Below are positions 42,981 to 62,325 of a stretch of DNA of 64,000 bases, piece after piece (position 1 is the stretch's first letter; each line of letters begins with the position of its first letter). Under the pieces are notes generated by a model. It made no database searches and was not told the DNA's origin. It was given only the letters and a program-made list of their open reading frames with translations. The stretch is from a virus. The position numbers and the translations under genes were made by a program. The stretch is taken from the IMG/VR virus record IMGVR_UViG_3300032325_000466, positions 1 through 64,000 of that record; one strand, 5' to 3'.

Positions 42981-45299
42981 CTACAATTTACAACTTTCAC
43001 AATTTTCTTCGTCATCAAAATCTGTTGAATCTAACATTGTCGGTGCCTCTTCTGCTACTTGTTTACTACCAGCTTTATTGATTAAACTATAATAAAAAGT
43101 TTTTAGTCCCCATACATGCGCTTGCATTAAGTTTTTAGCAATTAATGTAGTGGGAACTTTACGATCAGCAAAATGAGCAGGGTTATAAAATGTATTAGTA
43201 CTTATACTTTGATCGATGTATGCTGCTAAAACTGCCGCTGTTTTTAGATATGCGTCACAATCACGCTGTTCCCACATTAGCTGATATTTATTTTTTAGCT
43301 TATGGTATTCTGGTACAACTTGAGTAAAGCTACCTGCTTTACTTTCTTTAACGCTAATTAAACTCATGGGCATTTCAATACCATTAGTGCTATTAATCAC
43401 TACACTAGAACTTTCAACTGGGGCGATAGCACCGTTAGTAGCATTACGCACACCTGATATTATCATGCGGCCGCGTAGAGGTTCCCAGTCTAGTTCTGGG
43501 GTAAAATCAGCAAGTTCATTAACGCCCTTTGCTCTAAGTTCCCAAGGGAAAATACCTTTACCATAGCGTGTATGATCGCTGCCTAGACATTTACCACGTT
43601 CTTCAGCAAGTTCTACACTCATTTCAGTTAAGTAAAACGCTTGGTGTTCCATCCAACTTTTAACTTCGGCTAGAGCATCACGCTCACCATACTTAAGTCC
43701 TCGTTTAGCATGCCAATAAGCTAAGTTAGTAATACCAATACCAAGTGGGCGAATTTCATCATTACTTAGTTTAGACTGGACAGAAAGAAAGTCTTGATAG
43801 TCAAGTATGTTATTAAGACTGCGGTGTAGAATACGGCAAGCTCTACGCATATCTTCTGGATTACGGAAAGCTCCCCAATTTATGGACCCAAGTGTGCAGA
43901 GGGCAATACGGCCATTTTCATCATCTAATCGTTTGAAAGACTTAGTGGGTAGTAGTATCTCGCAGCATAAGTTACTTTGATAAATTGTGTGATATTCAGG
44001 GTCGAATGGGCCCTGATTCTGTACATTGTCTACAAATACTAAATAAATTCTTCCTGTATCTGTACGCTCTTTAAGTATGCCACCTTTGAATACTTCTTCG
44101 GCCGAGATTACTTTTTTGCGTAGATTAACTTGCTTTTCATACTTTACATATAGTTCTTCAAAGAGTTGAGTATTCTTATAAAATGCTTCATATAAATCAG
44201 GAACTTCATTTGGGTCGAATAGTGTTATGTTTTCTTTGTTTTTAAATCTGCGCCAGAAGAAAGCACTAAGCACAACCCCATAATCCATATGACGGACACG
44301 AGTTTCTTCTGTTCCTTGATTGTTCTTAAGTACGATAAGATCATCAAACTGATGATGCCAAATAGGATAAAATACAGTAGCACTAGCATTACGAATACCT
44401 CCTTGACTACAACTACGCAAATCACCAAACCATTTCTTTAGAAAAGGTATCATACCAGTGTGCATAATCTCGCCACCCCTGATAGGGCTGCCTAAAGGGC
44501 GCAATCTGCCAATTTCCAAACCAATGCCAGCTCGTTTGCTGGCATACTTGGCCATCATTTCCCCTGAGGCGAAAATACTGTCCAAATCATCATCCGAGCG
44601 AATAAGAACACAACTACTAAACTGTTTTGTAGGTGTACCAAGCCCCGCCAACACTGGCGTAGCAAGTGTGAAAAGACCATCACTGGCCGCTTGGTAGTAT
44701 TCTTTGATGTAGCGCATTCTTGCACTATTGGGTTCTTCTTTGTGAAAGACTGTGGCAGCAGCGACCATATAGCGAACTTGGGGAGTTTCATATATTTCCT
44801 TTGTAGCACGATTACGAACCAAATATTTTTCAATCAACTGCTCAATTGCAGCATAGCTATATGTTTCATCTTTGGTATGGTCGATGATTGTGTCCATTTT
44901 GTTCCAATCATCTTCGGTATACCATTGTAGTAGTTCAGGGGTATAAAGACCAACTTCAACATTCTTTTTAACAATTTGATATAATGTGGGTGGATCATAT
45001 GATCCATATACATCTTTTCTTAAGATACTAACTCTAAGTTTCCCTGCAACATACTGATAGTTTGTGTGTCCAATATCTGTGTGTGACTCTACGTCGATAA
45101 GATCAACGATTGCTCTAAGAGTAATTTCATCAATTTGTTTTGTTGTGATTCCATCATAAAAATGTAGTTGTGATTTGATTTCAATCATTGATGGACTAAC
45201 ATCTGCTATTCCACTACATACTTTTGCTACTTGATTTTGCCATTTTTCTAGAGTGAGTGGTTCCCTGTCTCCGTTTCTTTTAACAACAGATATTTTCAT
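42981..45299 (-). CDS. nrdA: Ribonucleotide reductase class Ia alpha subunit
   Basis: ATP cone, LATPVLAG, FSSCVL, SNLCCEI, CTLGSIN, KTFYY, C-terminal CESCKL; no intron or intein seen. Confidence 0.97.
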   Translation of the reverse strand: MKISVVKRNGDREPLTLEKWQNQVAKVCSGIADVSPSMIEIKSQLHFYDGITTKQIDEITLRAIVDLIDVESHTDIGHTNYQYVAGKLRVSILRKDVYGSYDPPTLYQIVKKNVEVGLYTPELLQWYTEDDWNKMDTIIDHTKDETYSYAAIEQLIEKYLVRNRATKEIYETPQVRYMVAAATVFHKEEPNSARMRYIKEYYQAASDGLFTLATPVLAGLGTPTKQFSSCVLIRSDDDLDSIFASGEMMAKYASKRAGIGLEIGRLRPLGSPIRGGEIMHTGMIPFLKKWFGDLRSCSQGGIRNASATVFYPIWHHQFDDLIVLKNNQGTEETRVRHMDYGVVLSAFFWRRFKNKENITLFDPNEVPDLYEAFYKNTQLFEELYVKYEKQVNLRKKVISAEEVFKGGILKERTDTGRIYLVFVDNVQNQGPFDPEYHTIYQSNLCCEILLPTKSFKRLDDENGRIALCTLGSINWGAFRNPEDMRRACRILHRSLNNILDYQDFLSVQSKLSNDEIRPLGIGITNLAYWHAKRGLKYGERDALAEVKSWMEHQAFYLTEMSVELAEERGKCLGSDHTRYGKGIFPWELRAKGVNELADFTPELDWEPLRGRMIISGVRNATNGAIAPVESSSVVINSTNGIEMPMSLISVKESKAGSFTQVVPEYHKLKNKYQLMWEQRDCDAYLKTAAVLAAYIDQSISTNTFYNPAHFADRKVPTTLIAKNLMQAHVWGLKTFYYSLINKAGSKQVAEEAPTMLDSTDFDDEENCESCKL

Positions 45300-45306
45300 A
45301 TATAAC

Positions 45307-45747
45307 CTATTTTAATTTTTTCTTTAGTTCTTGTACTGGTAGTTTTGCAGTAATCGTAAAATCTTTTAATGATGTACTTATAACCGACTGGGGCCAATAA
45401 TTCATAACATATTTAGCGCGGTCGACCAGGACTAATGTAACATCTTCGTCATTATCGTCTTTTCCTTGGCAAAAGTCAACATCATCTACGCCCAATAATA
45501 ATAGTGTATAGCACATGCCCAAACCACGAGCTATGGTGCAGTAGTTATTATCATAGATTAAATCCCAAGGTCCTGGCCAGTTTGCAGTATCTTTTGGGTG
45601 AAGGTAGTGATTGACTAGTGGTGCATATTGCCACCATCGATCAATCTCTATACATTTGGTTTTGGTGTCCGAACTTTCTAGTTTTTTTCTAAGTTCGTAC
45701 CATTCTCTAAGTCTAGTTTCGTAACCTAATTGGAATATATTCATCAC
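45307..45747 (-). CDS. Phage hypothetical protein
   Basis: ORF track. Confidence 0.65.
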   Translation of the reverse strand: MMNIFQLGYETRLREWYELRKKLESSDTKTKCIEIDRWWQYAPLVNHYLHPKDTANWPGPWDLIYDNNYCTIARGLGMCYTLLLLGVDDVDFCQGKDDNDEDVTLVLVDRAKYVMNYWPQSVISTSLKDFTITAKLPVQELKKKLK

Positions 45748-45800
45748 TGTATACTTATCTAAAATAAAAAAGTTATTTTAAAAAATACACAGTGATTATA

Positions 45801-48800
45801 TTAAGAGTTTTTTAAGTTGTTGACTTCAGCTTGTAATTGTGTAACTAGGGCAGTTAATTCCTTAACTGATGCTACCAAAGTAGCGACTACAAGTGATGTA
45901 TCAACCCCTTGATAGCGCGGATTACCTTCTTCATCAACGGCATCTTTTGTTCCTGATACAGCATCTGGAATAACTGCTTGTAACTCATGAGCAATAAAGC
46001 CTTGCCCCGATGATCCGTCGCTTTTCCATGTATAAGTAACTGGATTAAGCGACAATATTTTTGCAAGGGCGCCAGTCATAGGCTGAGCATTTTCTTTTAG
46101 GCGATAATCAGACACTGAGCCGTAGGTTGTAACGGATCCGTTCGTATTAATAAAGCCCACTTGTCCATTTGGGTTGTAGAACACGATTTGATTTGTTTCT
46201 GCCGTGGTATTGCGAGAAATAACCTGATATCCGATCCATTTCCACGATACGCTATCATATGCAACGTTCGCTGATGATGAGCCAATTAAGAAATTTCTGT
46301 TAGTATCAAACCGCGCTGCTTCTGCGCCAGTATCCCCAACCGCAAACGTCAAGGGTAGCGATGAGCCAGATCCAGTTCTGCTGCTAACTAACCTTGTGCC
46401 GCCAGCCAATACATCAATAGCAATATACGCGGCGTTTGTCGGATTGGAGTTGTTAAATGCAACCCACCCAGAACTAGTGGCTGTTCCATTTGGAAGTGCC
46501 CATATGCCGGTGTCGGAGTTTGTTGCGCTAGTTTGAAACGCCGTTCTACTTGCTAATGTAACGTTACTAAAATCACCAAAAATTCGCTGACCAGTACCTG
46601 AGAAAGTAGTATTACCTGATATATTTAGAGTGCCAGTTAAATTAGCACCAGTGCTAGTAACTACCAATCTGTTAGCGCCAGTGACTGCAATAGCCACGTT
46701 AGCATTAGCAGTAATAGATACATTACTGTTACCGTTTTGTAATAAACCACTGTTTATAGTAGTGATGTTACCTGTTGTGATAACTGCGGTTGTTGTACCT
46801 AAGTTACCTACGTTAGCGTTACCTGTTGCATTTAGAGTGCCAGCAACATTAATACCAGTACTAGTGATTACTATTTCGTTAGGTGAACCAGCAGCAGAGA
46901 TATTAATATTGCCATTTGCAGCTGGAATACTAATACTACTATTACCGTTTGCAAAAATACCAATTAAATTGCCGCCAGTGATGTTACCTGATACAGATAG
47001 AGAAGTTAGTGTACCAACTGAAGTGATGTTTGGTTGTGCGGCAGTTGTTACCGTACCGGCAGTACCTGCCGTTGCCACATTCAAATTCGCTACTTGAGTA
47101 GTAGAAGTTACAGTGAAAGGTGCTGTACCAGTTGTTACTGTTGAAATTAACCTAGATGATGAGACTATACCAGTAGTGTTTAAATTACCACCACCTATAT
47201 TACCTGTTGCTGTTATTAAGCCGGCAGTGCCTATGTTACCTATGTTGGCGTTACCTGTAGCACTTAGAGTACCAGTTATATTAGTACCAGTACCTGTTAC
47301 TACTAATATGTTTGCATTACCTGCTGAACTGAGATTGATGTTACCATTTACTGCAGGGATGCTTACATTGCTTGTACCATTTGCAAGACTTGTAGCTGTA
47401 GTGATGCCAGTTAGTTGAGAACCATTACCTATAAAGAAGTTACCGGTGATGTTACCTGTTGCGGATAGTGTACCAGCTATGTTAGCACCAGTGCTAGTTA
47501 CTACTAAGACATTAGCAACACCTGCTACCGTAGTAGTTACGTTACCATTTGCAGATACAGAAACATTAGAGTTACCTGATTCTAGTGCCAATCTTCCAGT
47601 ATCATCATTTCTAATAGTAAAGTTATTGGTGCCGGCAGAACCAAACCCCATCCAACCAAATCGGGTCGTATTACCACGCGGATAAAATTGTACATATGCA
47701 TGATCCGTGCCCTCAACATTTATAGATTGACCGTTTTGTTTTACATGTAGTGCAACTGCTGGAGTAGAAGTACCAATACCAAAATTACCTGCTATGTAGT
47801 TATTAGCAGTACCATCCATATATAGATTAAAGCGATTAGCACCAGATGCAATTGAACCACGGAAACCATAGTTATTTGTGGCACCTGTAAGTGTACTATC
47901 AGCTACGAAGCCTGATTGAGTTGTTACTACTGAATTTAAACCAAAAGTACCTTGTACAGCTTGGTTATAAATTAGATTAGTTAGCGTAAAGGTAGCTGCT
48001 TGTGTCTGTCCAACTACACGATTAAGAACTGCACTTGTTGTAACATCAGAGCCAATCGTTCCATCTGACACGAAGTTGAATGCAGTAGTTCCTCCAGTCA
48101 ATGATTTTGAAACTCGCATGTTTATTGCACTTAGGCTAGTGCTTCCAATACCTAAACTTCCTGCCATATAGTTGTTAGCAGTACCAGTCATGTATAAGTT
48201 AAAAGTACTTGCTGCTGATGCTAGTCCACCGTAGAAACCATAATTAGTTGCACCTGTGTTTGCGCTAGCGTCTACATAATACGCAATATGAGCAGTTACA
48301 GTAGTGTTAGCACCAATAGTTCCGCCATATGTTGCGTATCCCACTAAGTTATTAATAGTGTAAGGTGAAGCACCCGCTGCTGTGCTTAATGAAGTTCTGA
48401 CACCCAATGCTGTTGAAGTTACATCTGTTTGTACTGTAGGGTTTATTAATATAGAGCCAGCAGTAGTAGCACCAGTGGTTTGTTTTGCTATTCTTAGTGC
48501 ATAACCAGTAGTACCAGAACTAGAACCAATAGCACCATATCCATTAGCATCAAAGCTTAACATTACTATACCATTAGCTGCTAGTGCTACGCCGTAGTTA
48601 GCAAGTTCAGCTTGAAGCTTAATTATGTTACCATTTTCATATACTTTTCCTACAGTAGTACCAGCATTAGCTAAAAAATATCCTAATAGACTGTTTGCTG
48701 CTGTATAAGAGCTTGCAGTGACCGCACCTGTTACAGATAGTAATCCGCCAGTGATTAAGTTACCGCCAGTGATATTACCAGTTGCTGTTATTAGTCCACC

Positions 48801-51443
48801 TGTACCTAAATTACCTACGTTAGCATTACCGGTCGCACTAAGAGTAGTTGCAAATACACCAGTGGTTAATGTATTACCTGACCTTGTATTAGCTAAAGAA
48901 GTGAATGTAACTACTTCATTTGTAATTGAAACATTTGAACCAAATGCTATTTCTGCGTTGCTTACATCCCAGCCCATGAATGCTATTTTTGCTGCTGTAT
49001 CATAATAATTAAGAGCAGTACCTACATCTTTACCTGAGTTGGCGATAGGAGCAGCACCATTAGCTCCTGTTTGTAGTTGAATAATTGGATCTTCAACTGC
49101 TACTGTTTCAACATTTAGGTATGTTAAGTTTCCATTAACAAACAAATTGCCATTTACAGTTGCATTACCGCTAAAGCTTGCAGTCGTACCGTTTACCACA
49201 CCTAGATTTGCTGTTCCACTTACTGATAGACTTGTTAGTGTACCAACTGATGTTATATTTGGTTGTGCATTAGTGGTTACTGTTTGTGCTGTAGTTGCTG
49301 TTCCTGCTGCAACACCTGTTAATTGACTACCATTACCTATAAAGAAGTTGCCAGTGATATTGCCTGTTGCTGTTATTAGACCTGCTGTACCTAAATTACC
49401 TACGTTAGCATTGCCTGTTGCATTTAGAGTACCAGCAATATTAATACCGGTACTAGTGATTACTAGTTCGTTAGGTGTGCCACCAGCAGAGATATTAATA
49501 TTTCCATTTGCTGCGGGGATACTTATGTTACTATTGCCATTTGAAAAAATACCAATTAAGTTACCAGCAGTGATGTTACCTGCTAGAGATAGCTGACCAT
49601 TTGAGTCAAATACCATTGTATTACTGCTATTAGATGCGGTTATTGTTAAGCCACCTGCATCGGTGCCTGGAGTAGCTAGCGTGTAAAGTGGGTAATATGC
49701 AGTGCCATATGAACCTGCATTACTACCAATTGCTATTGTTGGTATAGTAGAGGTGTTTAACTCTGATTCTACATACCAGTTATAAGAGTTAGTATTTTGA
49801 CCTATTACTAGCGAAGGAGTGCCTGTAGTAGTATCAAAATACCATTGAAATGCAAATGCGCTGGTTTTATCAACTACTGCTTCGTTAACATAAAAAGTAG
49901 CATTTGCTCCACTTATATTACCTACTCTACTTAACTTAAAGGTAGTTTGGCTTCTGGGTCCACCGGGGTTATCAAATTGTCTAATAGCGTAGACCTTAAG
50001 GACACCACTGTACATTCCATTCACTGTGGCAGGAGCGGGCATAGTTACAACTACGCGATTTCCAGCTACTGCATTTGCATTGTCTAAGAAGGTAACCGCA
50101 GAATATCTAGTGAACACACCAACAGTTTCTACGTTTCCAATAGAAATATTATTAGCAGTGACATTGCCTGTTACTGATAGAGAAGTTAGAGTTCCAACGC
50201 TTGTAATATTAGGTTGTGCTGCTGTAGTTAGTGTACCTGTTACTGATGTACCAATTAAATTACCACCAGTGATGTTACCAGTTGCTGAAATCTCACCTGA
50301 TGCAAATATGGCGTAGTTATTTGTGCCAATAGTTGGAGCACTTGCATAAACACCGTATGCGTTATTGATTGTACCATTACCTGTTTTAGACCAACTTGCT
50401 CCGTCGGAGAAAACTCCGTAGAATGTTAGACCAGTTAGACCTGTTGTTCCTGTATTTGCAGTACCAAGTCCAGTAGCGTATCCAAACAATTGGTCACTAT
50501 TTGCCTGTGCTGCAAGAGTACCTCTACTCAAGAAACCATATGCAGTTCCTGATCCTGAAGCATTGACAGTAGCCTCTTGCCAAAAAGCAGGCGATTGTGC
50601 GATATCACTAGTTTTAAACGTCAACGCTTGTATATTAGCACCAATTGTGTTGCCTGATATATTTAACGTACCATTTATGTTAGCCCCAGTACCAGTTACT
50701 ACTAAGACATTTGCATTACCTACTGCTGAAATATTGACGTTGCCATTTGCTGCGGGGATACTAATATTACTATTACCATTTGCAAAAATACCAATTAAGT
50801 TACCAGCAGTGATGTTACCTGACACTGATAGAGAACTTAGAGTACCCACACTTGTTATGTTTGGTTGTGCTGCTGTTGTTAGTGTACCAGTAAAGAAGTT
50901 TGCACTTACTAAGTTAGCACCTGTTATTGTACCTCCGGTGCCAGCGCCAGTAGTTATATTACCAGTTGAACTTATGTTTCCTGTGGTTAGATTAGCACTA
51001 TCAGCATTACCTGACACTGATAGAGTGCCGGCAATATTAGCACCAGTACCTGTTACTACTACAATATTTGCGTTACCTACTGCTGAAATATTGATGTTTC
51101 CATTTGCTGCGGGGATACTTACATTACTATTGCCATTTGCTAAACTACCACTAAAATTACCTGTTACATTACCTACCAAGTTACCTACAAAATTATTTGC
51201 AGTGATATTACCTGTAGCTGAGATTGTTCCACTAGTAGACAGCGTATTCGCTATATCATTATTAATCGCCAATAATTGGCCAGCCGATCCCGAAAAAGCA
51301 ACTGTGCCGCTATTGTTTGGAGTAACGGTAAGCGTTATATTTTGTGCGCCGGTTGTAGCATTAGCGCCCGAAAATACAATATTTGGGTCTGATGCAGAAC
51401 CATTGTTTGGGGTTATAACAATATTTTTATCTGTGTTTGCCAT
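45801..51443 (-). CDS. Long fibre protein with C-terminal S74 intramolecular chaperone
   Basis: N/G/T-rich repeats; SDYRLKENAQPM...GFIAHELQAVIPDAV C-terminus. Confidence 0.9.
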   Translation of the reverse strand: MANTDKNIVITPNNGSASDPNIVFSGANATTGAQNITLTVTPNNSGTVAFSGSAGQLLAINNDIANTLSTSGTISATGNITANNFVGNLVGNVTGNFSGSLANGNSNVSIPAANGNINISAVGNANIVVVTGTGANIAGTLSVSGNADSANLTTGNISSTGNITTGAGTGGTITGANLVSANFFTGTLTTAAQPNITSVGTLSSLSVSGNITAGNLIGIFANGNSNISIPAANGNVNISAVGNANVLVVTGTGANINGTLNISGNTIGANIQALTFKTSDIAQSPAFWQEATVNASGSGTAYGFLSRGTLAAQANSDQLFGYATGLGTANTGTTGLTGLTFYGVFSDGASWSKTGNGTINNAYGVYASAPTIGTNNYAIFASGEISATGNITGGNLIGTSVTGTLTTAAQPNITSVGTLTSLSVTGNVTANNISIGNVETVGVFTRYSAVTFLDNANAVAGNRVVVTMPAPATVNGMYSGVLKVYAIRQFDNPGGPRSQTTFKLSRVGNISGANATFYVNEAVVDKTSAFAFQWYFDTTTGTPSLVIGQNTNSYNWYVESELNTSTIPTIAIGSNAGSYGTAYYPLYTLATPGTDAGGLTITASNSSNTMVFDSNGQLSLAGNITAGNLIGIFSNGNSNISIPAANGNINISAGGTPNELVITSTGINIAGTLNATGNANVGNLGTAGLITATGNITGNFFIGNGSQLTGVAAGTATTAQTVTTNAQPNITSVGTLTSLSVSGTANLGVVNGTTASFSGNATVNGNLFVNGNLTYLNVETVAVEDPIIQLQTGANGAAPIANSGKDVGTALNYYDTAAKIAFMGWDVSNAEIAFGSNVSITNEVVTFTSLANTRSGNTLTTGVFATTLSATGNANVGNLGTGGLITATGNITGGNLITGGLLSVTGAVTASSYTAANSLLGYFLANAGTTVGKVYENGNIIKLQAELANYGVALAANGIVMLSFDANGYGAIGSSSGTTGYALRIAKQTTGATTAGSILINPTVQTDVTSTALGVRTSLSTAAGASPYTINNLVGYATYGGTIGANTTVTAHIAYYVDASANTGATNYGFYGGLASAASTFNLYMTGTANNYMAGSLGIGSTSLSAINMRVSKSLTGGTTAFNFVSDGTIGSDVTTSAVLNRVVGQTQAATFTLTNLIYNQAVQGTFGLNSVVTTQSGFVADSTLTGATNNYGFRGSIASGANRFNLYMDGTANNYIAGNFGIGTSTPAVALHVKQNGQSINVEGTDHAYVQFYPRGNTTRFGWMGFGSAGTNNFTIRNDDTGRLALESGNSNVSVSANGNVTTTVAGVANVLVVTSTGANIAGTLSATGNITGNFFIGNGSQLTGITTATSLANGTSNVSIPAVNGNINLSSAGNANILVVTGTGTNITGTLSATGNANIGNIGTAGLITATGNIGGGNLNTTGIVSSSRLISTVTTGTAPFTVTSTTQVANLNVATAGTAGTVTTAAQPNITSVGTLTSLSVSGNITGGNLIGIFANGNSSISIPAANGNINISAAGSPNEIVITSTGINVAGTLNATGNANVGNLGTTTAVITTGNITTINSGLLQNGNSNVSITANANVAIAVTGANRLVVTSTGANLTGTLNISGNTTFSGTGQRIFGDFSNVTLASRTAFQTSATNSDTGIWALPNGTATSSGWVAFNNSNPTNAAYIAIDVLAGGTRLVSSRTGSGSSLPLTFAVGDTGAEAARFDTNRNFLIGSSSANVAYDSVSWKWIGYQVISRNTTAETNQIVFYNPNGQVGFINTNGSVTTYGSVSDYRLKENAQPMTGALAKILSLNPVTYTWKSDGSSGQGFIAHELQAVIPDAVSGTKDAVDEEGNPRYQGVDTSLVVATLVASVKELTALVTQLQAEVNNLKNS

Positions 51444-51477
51444 ATATCAGTCTACTTTAAATTTATTTATATTTTGG

Positions 51478-59183
<7,706 letters not shown>

Positions 59184-59235
59184 TTTTAAAGTTTCCTTTT
59201 GTTATTTATTAAGTATTTAACATGTCTTACTATTC

Positions 59236-60495
59236 TCAATCTGCATATACTATTATTGAAAGCTTATAAGTTATAGTATTAGCAGCTTTAGGGGAAACTA
59301 AAAGTTGTATAGTATTTGGCGAACCAGCAACATAGGCAACTTGAAAGTTTCCCACATCCCCATTTATATACAATCCAGAATATTCGTTAAACTGGACCTC
59401 ACTACCTAGAAGTACCGATGCTAGTTTCACTGATTGTCTTATATTTGCAGTATTATCTGTAGCTATAATGTTAAAATCTACACCAGAAACTCCCGTTACA
59501 GGCAAGCTGTAAAGGATTTGATTCGGTACAGTATTTATCGTAAAAGCAGTTAATCCAGACAAAGTAGCTACATTATTACTACCTGTACTTACCTGTACGG
59601 AGTCTGCTATAAGACTGCCTGCAAGCGTTAAAACATTATTACCAGTGTCAAAAGTTAAATTAGCACTTCCATCAAACGCACCCGCATTATTAAACTGAAT
59701 TTGGGTAGTATTCCCTCCTGGATCGGTTTGTGCACCTGTTGCCCCTGGGAGGCCCGTTGCACCTGTCGCTCCATCGAAACCTGTAGCGCCTACATCACCT
59801 GTAGCGCCCGTTAAACCTGTTGATCCTATCGAACCTGTTGCACCTATTTCACCAGTTGCCCCTGTTGCACCACCTGGATCACCTTGTGGACCAGTAGCAC
59901 CAATAGGGCCAGTTGCACCTTCAAGTCCAGTACTACCAGTAGCACCATCTGCGCCCGAGCTACCTGTTGCACCAACAAGACCAGTAGCACCAATTACACC
60001 GGTGGCACCTATCTCACCAGTAGCTCCAGTTACACCAGTAGCTCCTGCGGGGCCTGTTGCTCCAGTTGGACCAGTAGCTCCGGTTGCCCCTGTAGTACTG
60101 CTAGCAGCCCAACTTAAATTACCTGTACCATCTGTAGATAGAACATATCCAGCAGTACCACCAGTGATTTTTACATTACCAACAGTGCCTAGTTGTGTAA
60201 TGCCCTGTACGGTGATATTAGTGATTGTTAATAAACTGTTAGCACTGTTAAAGGTAAAGTTTGCGCTAGCGGCAAATTCACCATTGCTATTAAATTGAAC
60301 TTGAGTATTAGAACCAGCGGCGCTACCACTAATAGGAGCACCATTGCTGAAATAATAACTGTTTGCATAAACAGTATTGGCAACAACATTAGCAGCTACT
60401 AATCTACCAGTGGTAACATTTCCATTAACATCTATGACTTCAATTGGGGGAATATTTACACTAAAACCACCCGCTGAATTGAATTTTTCAAATGC
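59236..60495 (-). CDS. Collagen-like virion protein (start MAFEKF)
   Basis: GATG block about 59720-60095; N-terminus paralogous to 54981..59183 and 51478..54969. Confidence 0.8.
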   Translation of the reverse strand, partial: AFEKFNSAGGFSVNIPPIEVIDVNGNVTTGRLVAANVVANTVYANSYYFSNGAPISGSAAGSNTQVQFNSNGEFAASANFTFNSANSLLTITNITVQGITQLGTVGNVKITGGTAGYVLSTDGTGNLSWAASSTTGATGATGPTGATGPAGATGVTGATGEIGATGVIGATGLVGATGSSGADGATGSTGLEGATGPIGATGPQGDPGGATGATGEIGATGSIGSTGLTGATGDVGATGFDGATGATGLPGATGAQTDPGGNTTQIQFNNAGAFDGSANLTFDTGNNVLTLAGSLIADSVQVSTGSNNVATLSGLTAFTINTVPNQILYSLPVTGVSGVDFNIIATDNTANIRQSVKLASVLLGSEVQFNEYSGLYINGDVGNFQVAYVAGSPNTIQLLVSPKAANTITYKLSIIVYAD

Positions 60496-60618
60496 CATTA
60501 TTCTGCCCAATAATAATTGTAATAATATATTTATCAATATAAAATAATAATGCCGCGTATTCGACGGAATAAAAAATTAACACGGGTGTCTTTTTACACG
60601 ATCAAACTAAATATAAGA

Positions 60619-61317
60619 ATGAATTATCGTGAAGCTACTATATATTGGATACATCTTACCACTCATACTGATATAGCAACTCAGGGATTTATAGGTGTAT
60701 CTACCAATTACTTAAAAAGATACAAAGTTCATCGTAATGCCAGCATTAAAAATACGCACACCAATCAACAACTAGCCACAGCTTTTAATACTCACACTGA
60801 TATAGTAGTTGATGTGTTTATGATGGGTACCAAATCATTTTGTCATCAAATCGAAGCTAAATTGAGGCCCACAACCAATATAGGATGGAACGTGGCACCT
60901 GGTGGTCGAGTAGGACCGGGATGGGCTAAGGGTAAAAATGTTGTAGGTGGTAGGCGATCTATTGCTCACCAACCCAATCGTCCTTTTTGCAAACTGTGTA
61001 AATCAGCCCTGGCCAAAGCCAATGGTGTTACTAAAAATAAATTCAAAAAATGGCACAAATATTGTTCGGGTTGTGCTAAGGCAGCGTATAACCCAAAATA
61101 TGGACACCTTTTACATAAAAAGCCCCAGTGTGAAGCGTGTGGATTTATAGCAGCAGACAAATGTCAACTAGATGTAGTATATCGTGATGGAAATAAAAAG
61201 AACAAAGATAAAAGCAACATAAAAACACTGTGCGCTAACTGTAATCGATTGATGAATAAAAAGTTAAAGACTAAATCTATTATGGATATAACAATTGACA
61301 GTGATGTACGAATTTAA
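60619..61317 (+). CDS. GIY-YIG-like domain fused to a Cys-rich HNH-like domain (start MNYRE)
   Basis: IYWIH...GFIGVS...R...H; CKLC, CSGC, CEACG, DGNKKN...LCANCNR; TAAATA upstream. Confidence 0.7.
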   Translation: MNYREATIYWIHLTTHTDIATQGFIGVSTNYLKRYKVHRNASIKNTHTNQQLATAFNTHTDIVVDVFMMGTKSFCHQIEAKLRPTTNIGWNVAPGGRVGPGWAKGKNVVGGRRSIAHQPNRPFCKLCKSALAKANGVTKNKFKKWHKYCSGCAKAAYNPKYGHLLHKKPQCEACGFIAADKCQLDVVYRDGNKKNKDKSNIKTLCANCNRLMNKKLKTKSIMDITIDSDVRI

Positions 61318-61329
61318 TTTTAGCCAAAC

Positions 61330-61353
61330 AAAAAGCACTTGTGAGTGCTTTTT
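61330..61353. terminator. Bidirectional intrinsic terminator
   Basis: AAAAAGCAC-TTGTGA-GTGCTTTTT between convergent genes. Confidence 0.85.
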
Positions 61354-61456
61354 GCTTTTCTTCCCATCCCTTAAATTCTATTAGTATTTAGCCAGTTAAT
61401 TTGTGTATTATATGATACTATATTACAAAAATGTTACTTTGGTAAAAAATATTTTT

Positions 61457-62260
61457 TTAAGCGCCTACATTAGTTGAAGGGAATTGTCTAGTTGTGCCTG
61501 GCCAAACTATGCGTACTGCGCCGGTGCCTGTGGTGAAAGTGCTTGGTAGACTGCCGTAGCGGCCACCGTCGCCTACTATAACCTGAATTGTTTGTCCTGG
61601 AGTAACACTTATATTATTAGCCCAAGCTGCTGCGCCACCGCCTCCGGAAAGTCCACCGCCTCCGTAGTTGCCGCCTTTTGAATTGCCACCTGTTTGACCG
61701 GCTACACCGCCTGATCCGCCTCCGCCACCGGTACCATTTGATGGTCCCCCGGCAGCGCCGCCTCCGCCACCTCCACCGTTAGTACCTGCAGTACCTGGCT
61801 GACCGTAAACCGATGTTCCACCGGCGCCCGACGCACCAAACCCCAAAATGCCTACACCGCCTCCGCCGCCTGGGTACGCACCACCACCGGTGCCACCTCC
61901 ACCACCTCCATAATTTCCGCCTCCTCCTCCTCCTGCAGATCCGCTGCCGCCGGCTCCGCCTGAACCGCCAGTTCCATAAATAACGGTACCACCTGCCCCA
62001 CCAGTTGCACCAGTTGGATTTTTTCCACCACCTGCTTTACATGTAGTTCCATTAAAAGAAGAATCCTCTCCGGCGCCAGTGGCGGGACCTGGGGAGAAAC
62101 AGCCTCCCCCACCAATACATAGTACTGAAACGCTTGTAACTCCATCGGGAACTGTCCAACTATATGTTCCTGGGGTAGTGTAAGCTTGAGCACCGGTTGG
62201 TGGAGGTTGACCGGAAAGTGTGATACCAGAAAGAGTGATATTTTCAAATATAATTGGCAT
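61457..62260 (-). CDS. Glycine-rich virion-associated protein
   Basis: YTTPGTYSWTVPDGVTSVSVLCIGGGG...GAVRIVW. Confidence 0.8.
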   Translation of the reverse strand: MPIIFENITLSGITLSGQPPPTGAQAYTTPGTYSWTVPDGVTSVSVLCIGGGGCFSPGPATGAGEDSSFNGTTCKAGGGKNPTGATGGAGGTVIYGTGGSGGAGGSGSAGGGGGGNYGGGGGGTGGGAYPGGGGGVGILGFGASGAGGTSVYGQPGTAGTNGGGGGGGAAGGPSNGTGGGGGSGGVAGQTGGNSKGGNYGGGGLSGGGGAAAWANNISVTPGQTIQVIVGDGGRYGSLPSTFTTGTGAVRIVWPGTTRQFPSTNVGA

Positions 62261-62325
62261 TTTAAAAATCCTGTATTAGTTTATATTTATCTCATTTTGA
62301 ATATACTCTATGATATAGCTTTAAC

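Noticed and set aside
41070-45299. Introns or inteins in nrdA/nrdB, as seen in T4
   Set aside because: Both ORFs are continuous and of normal length
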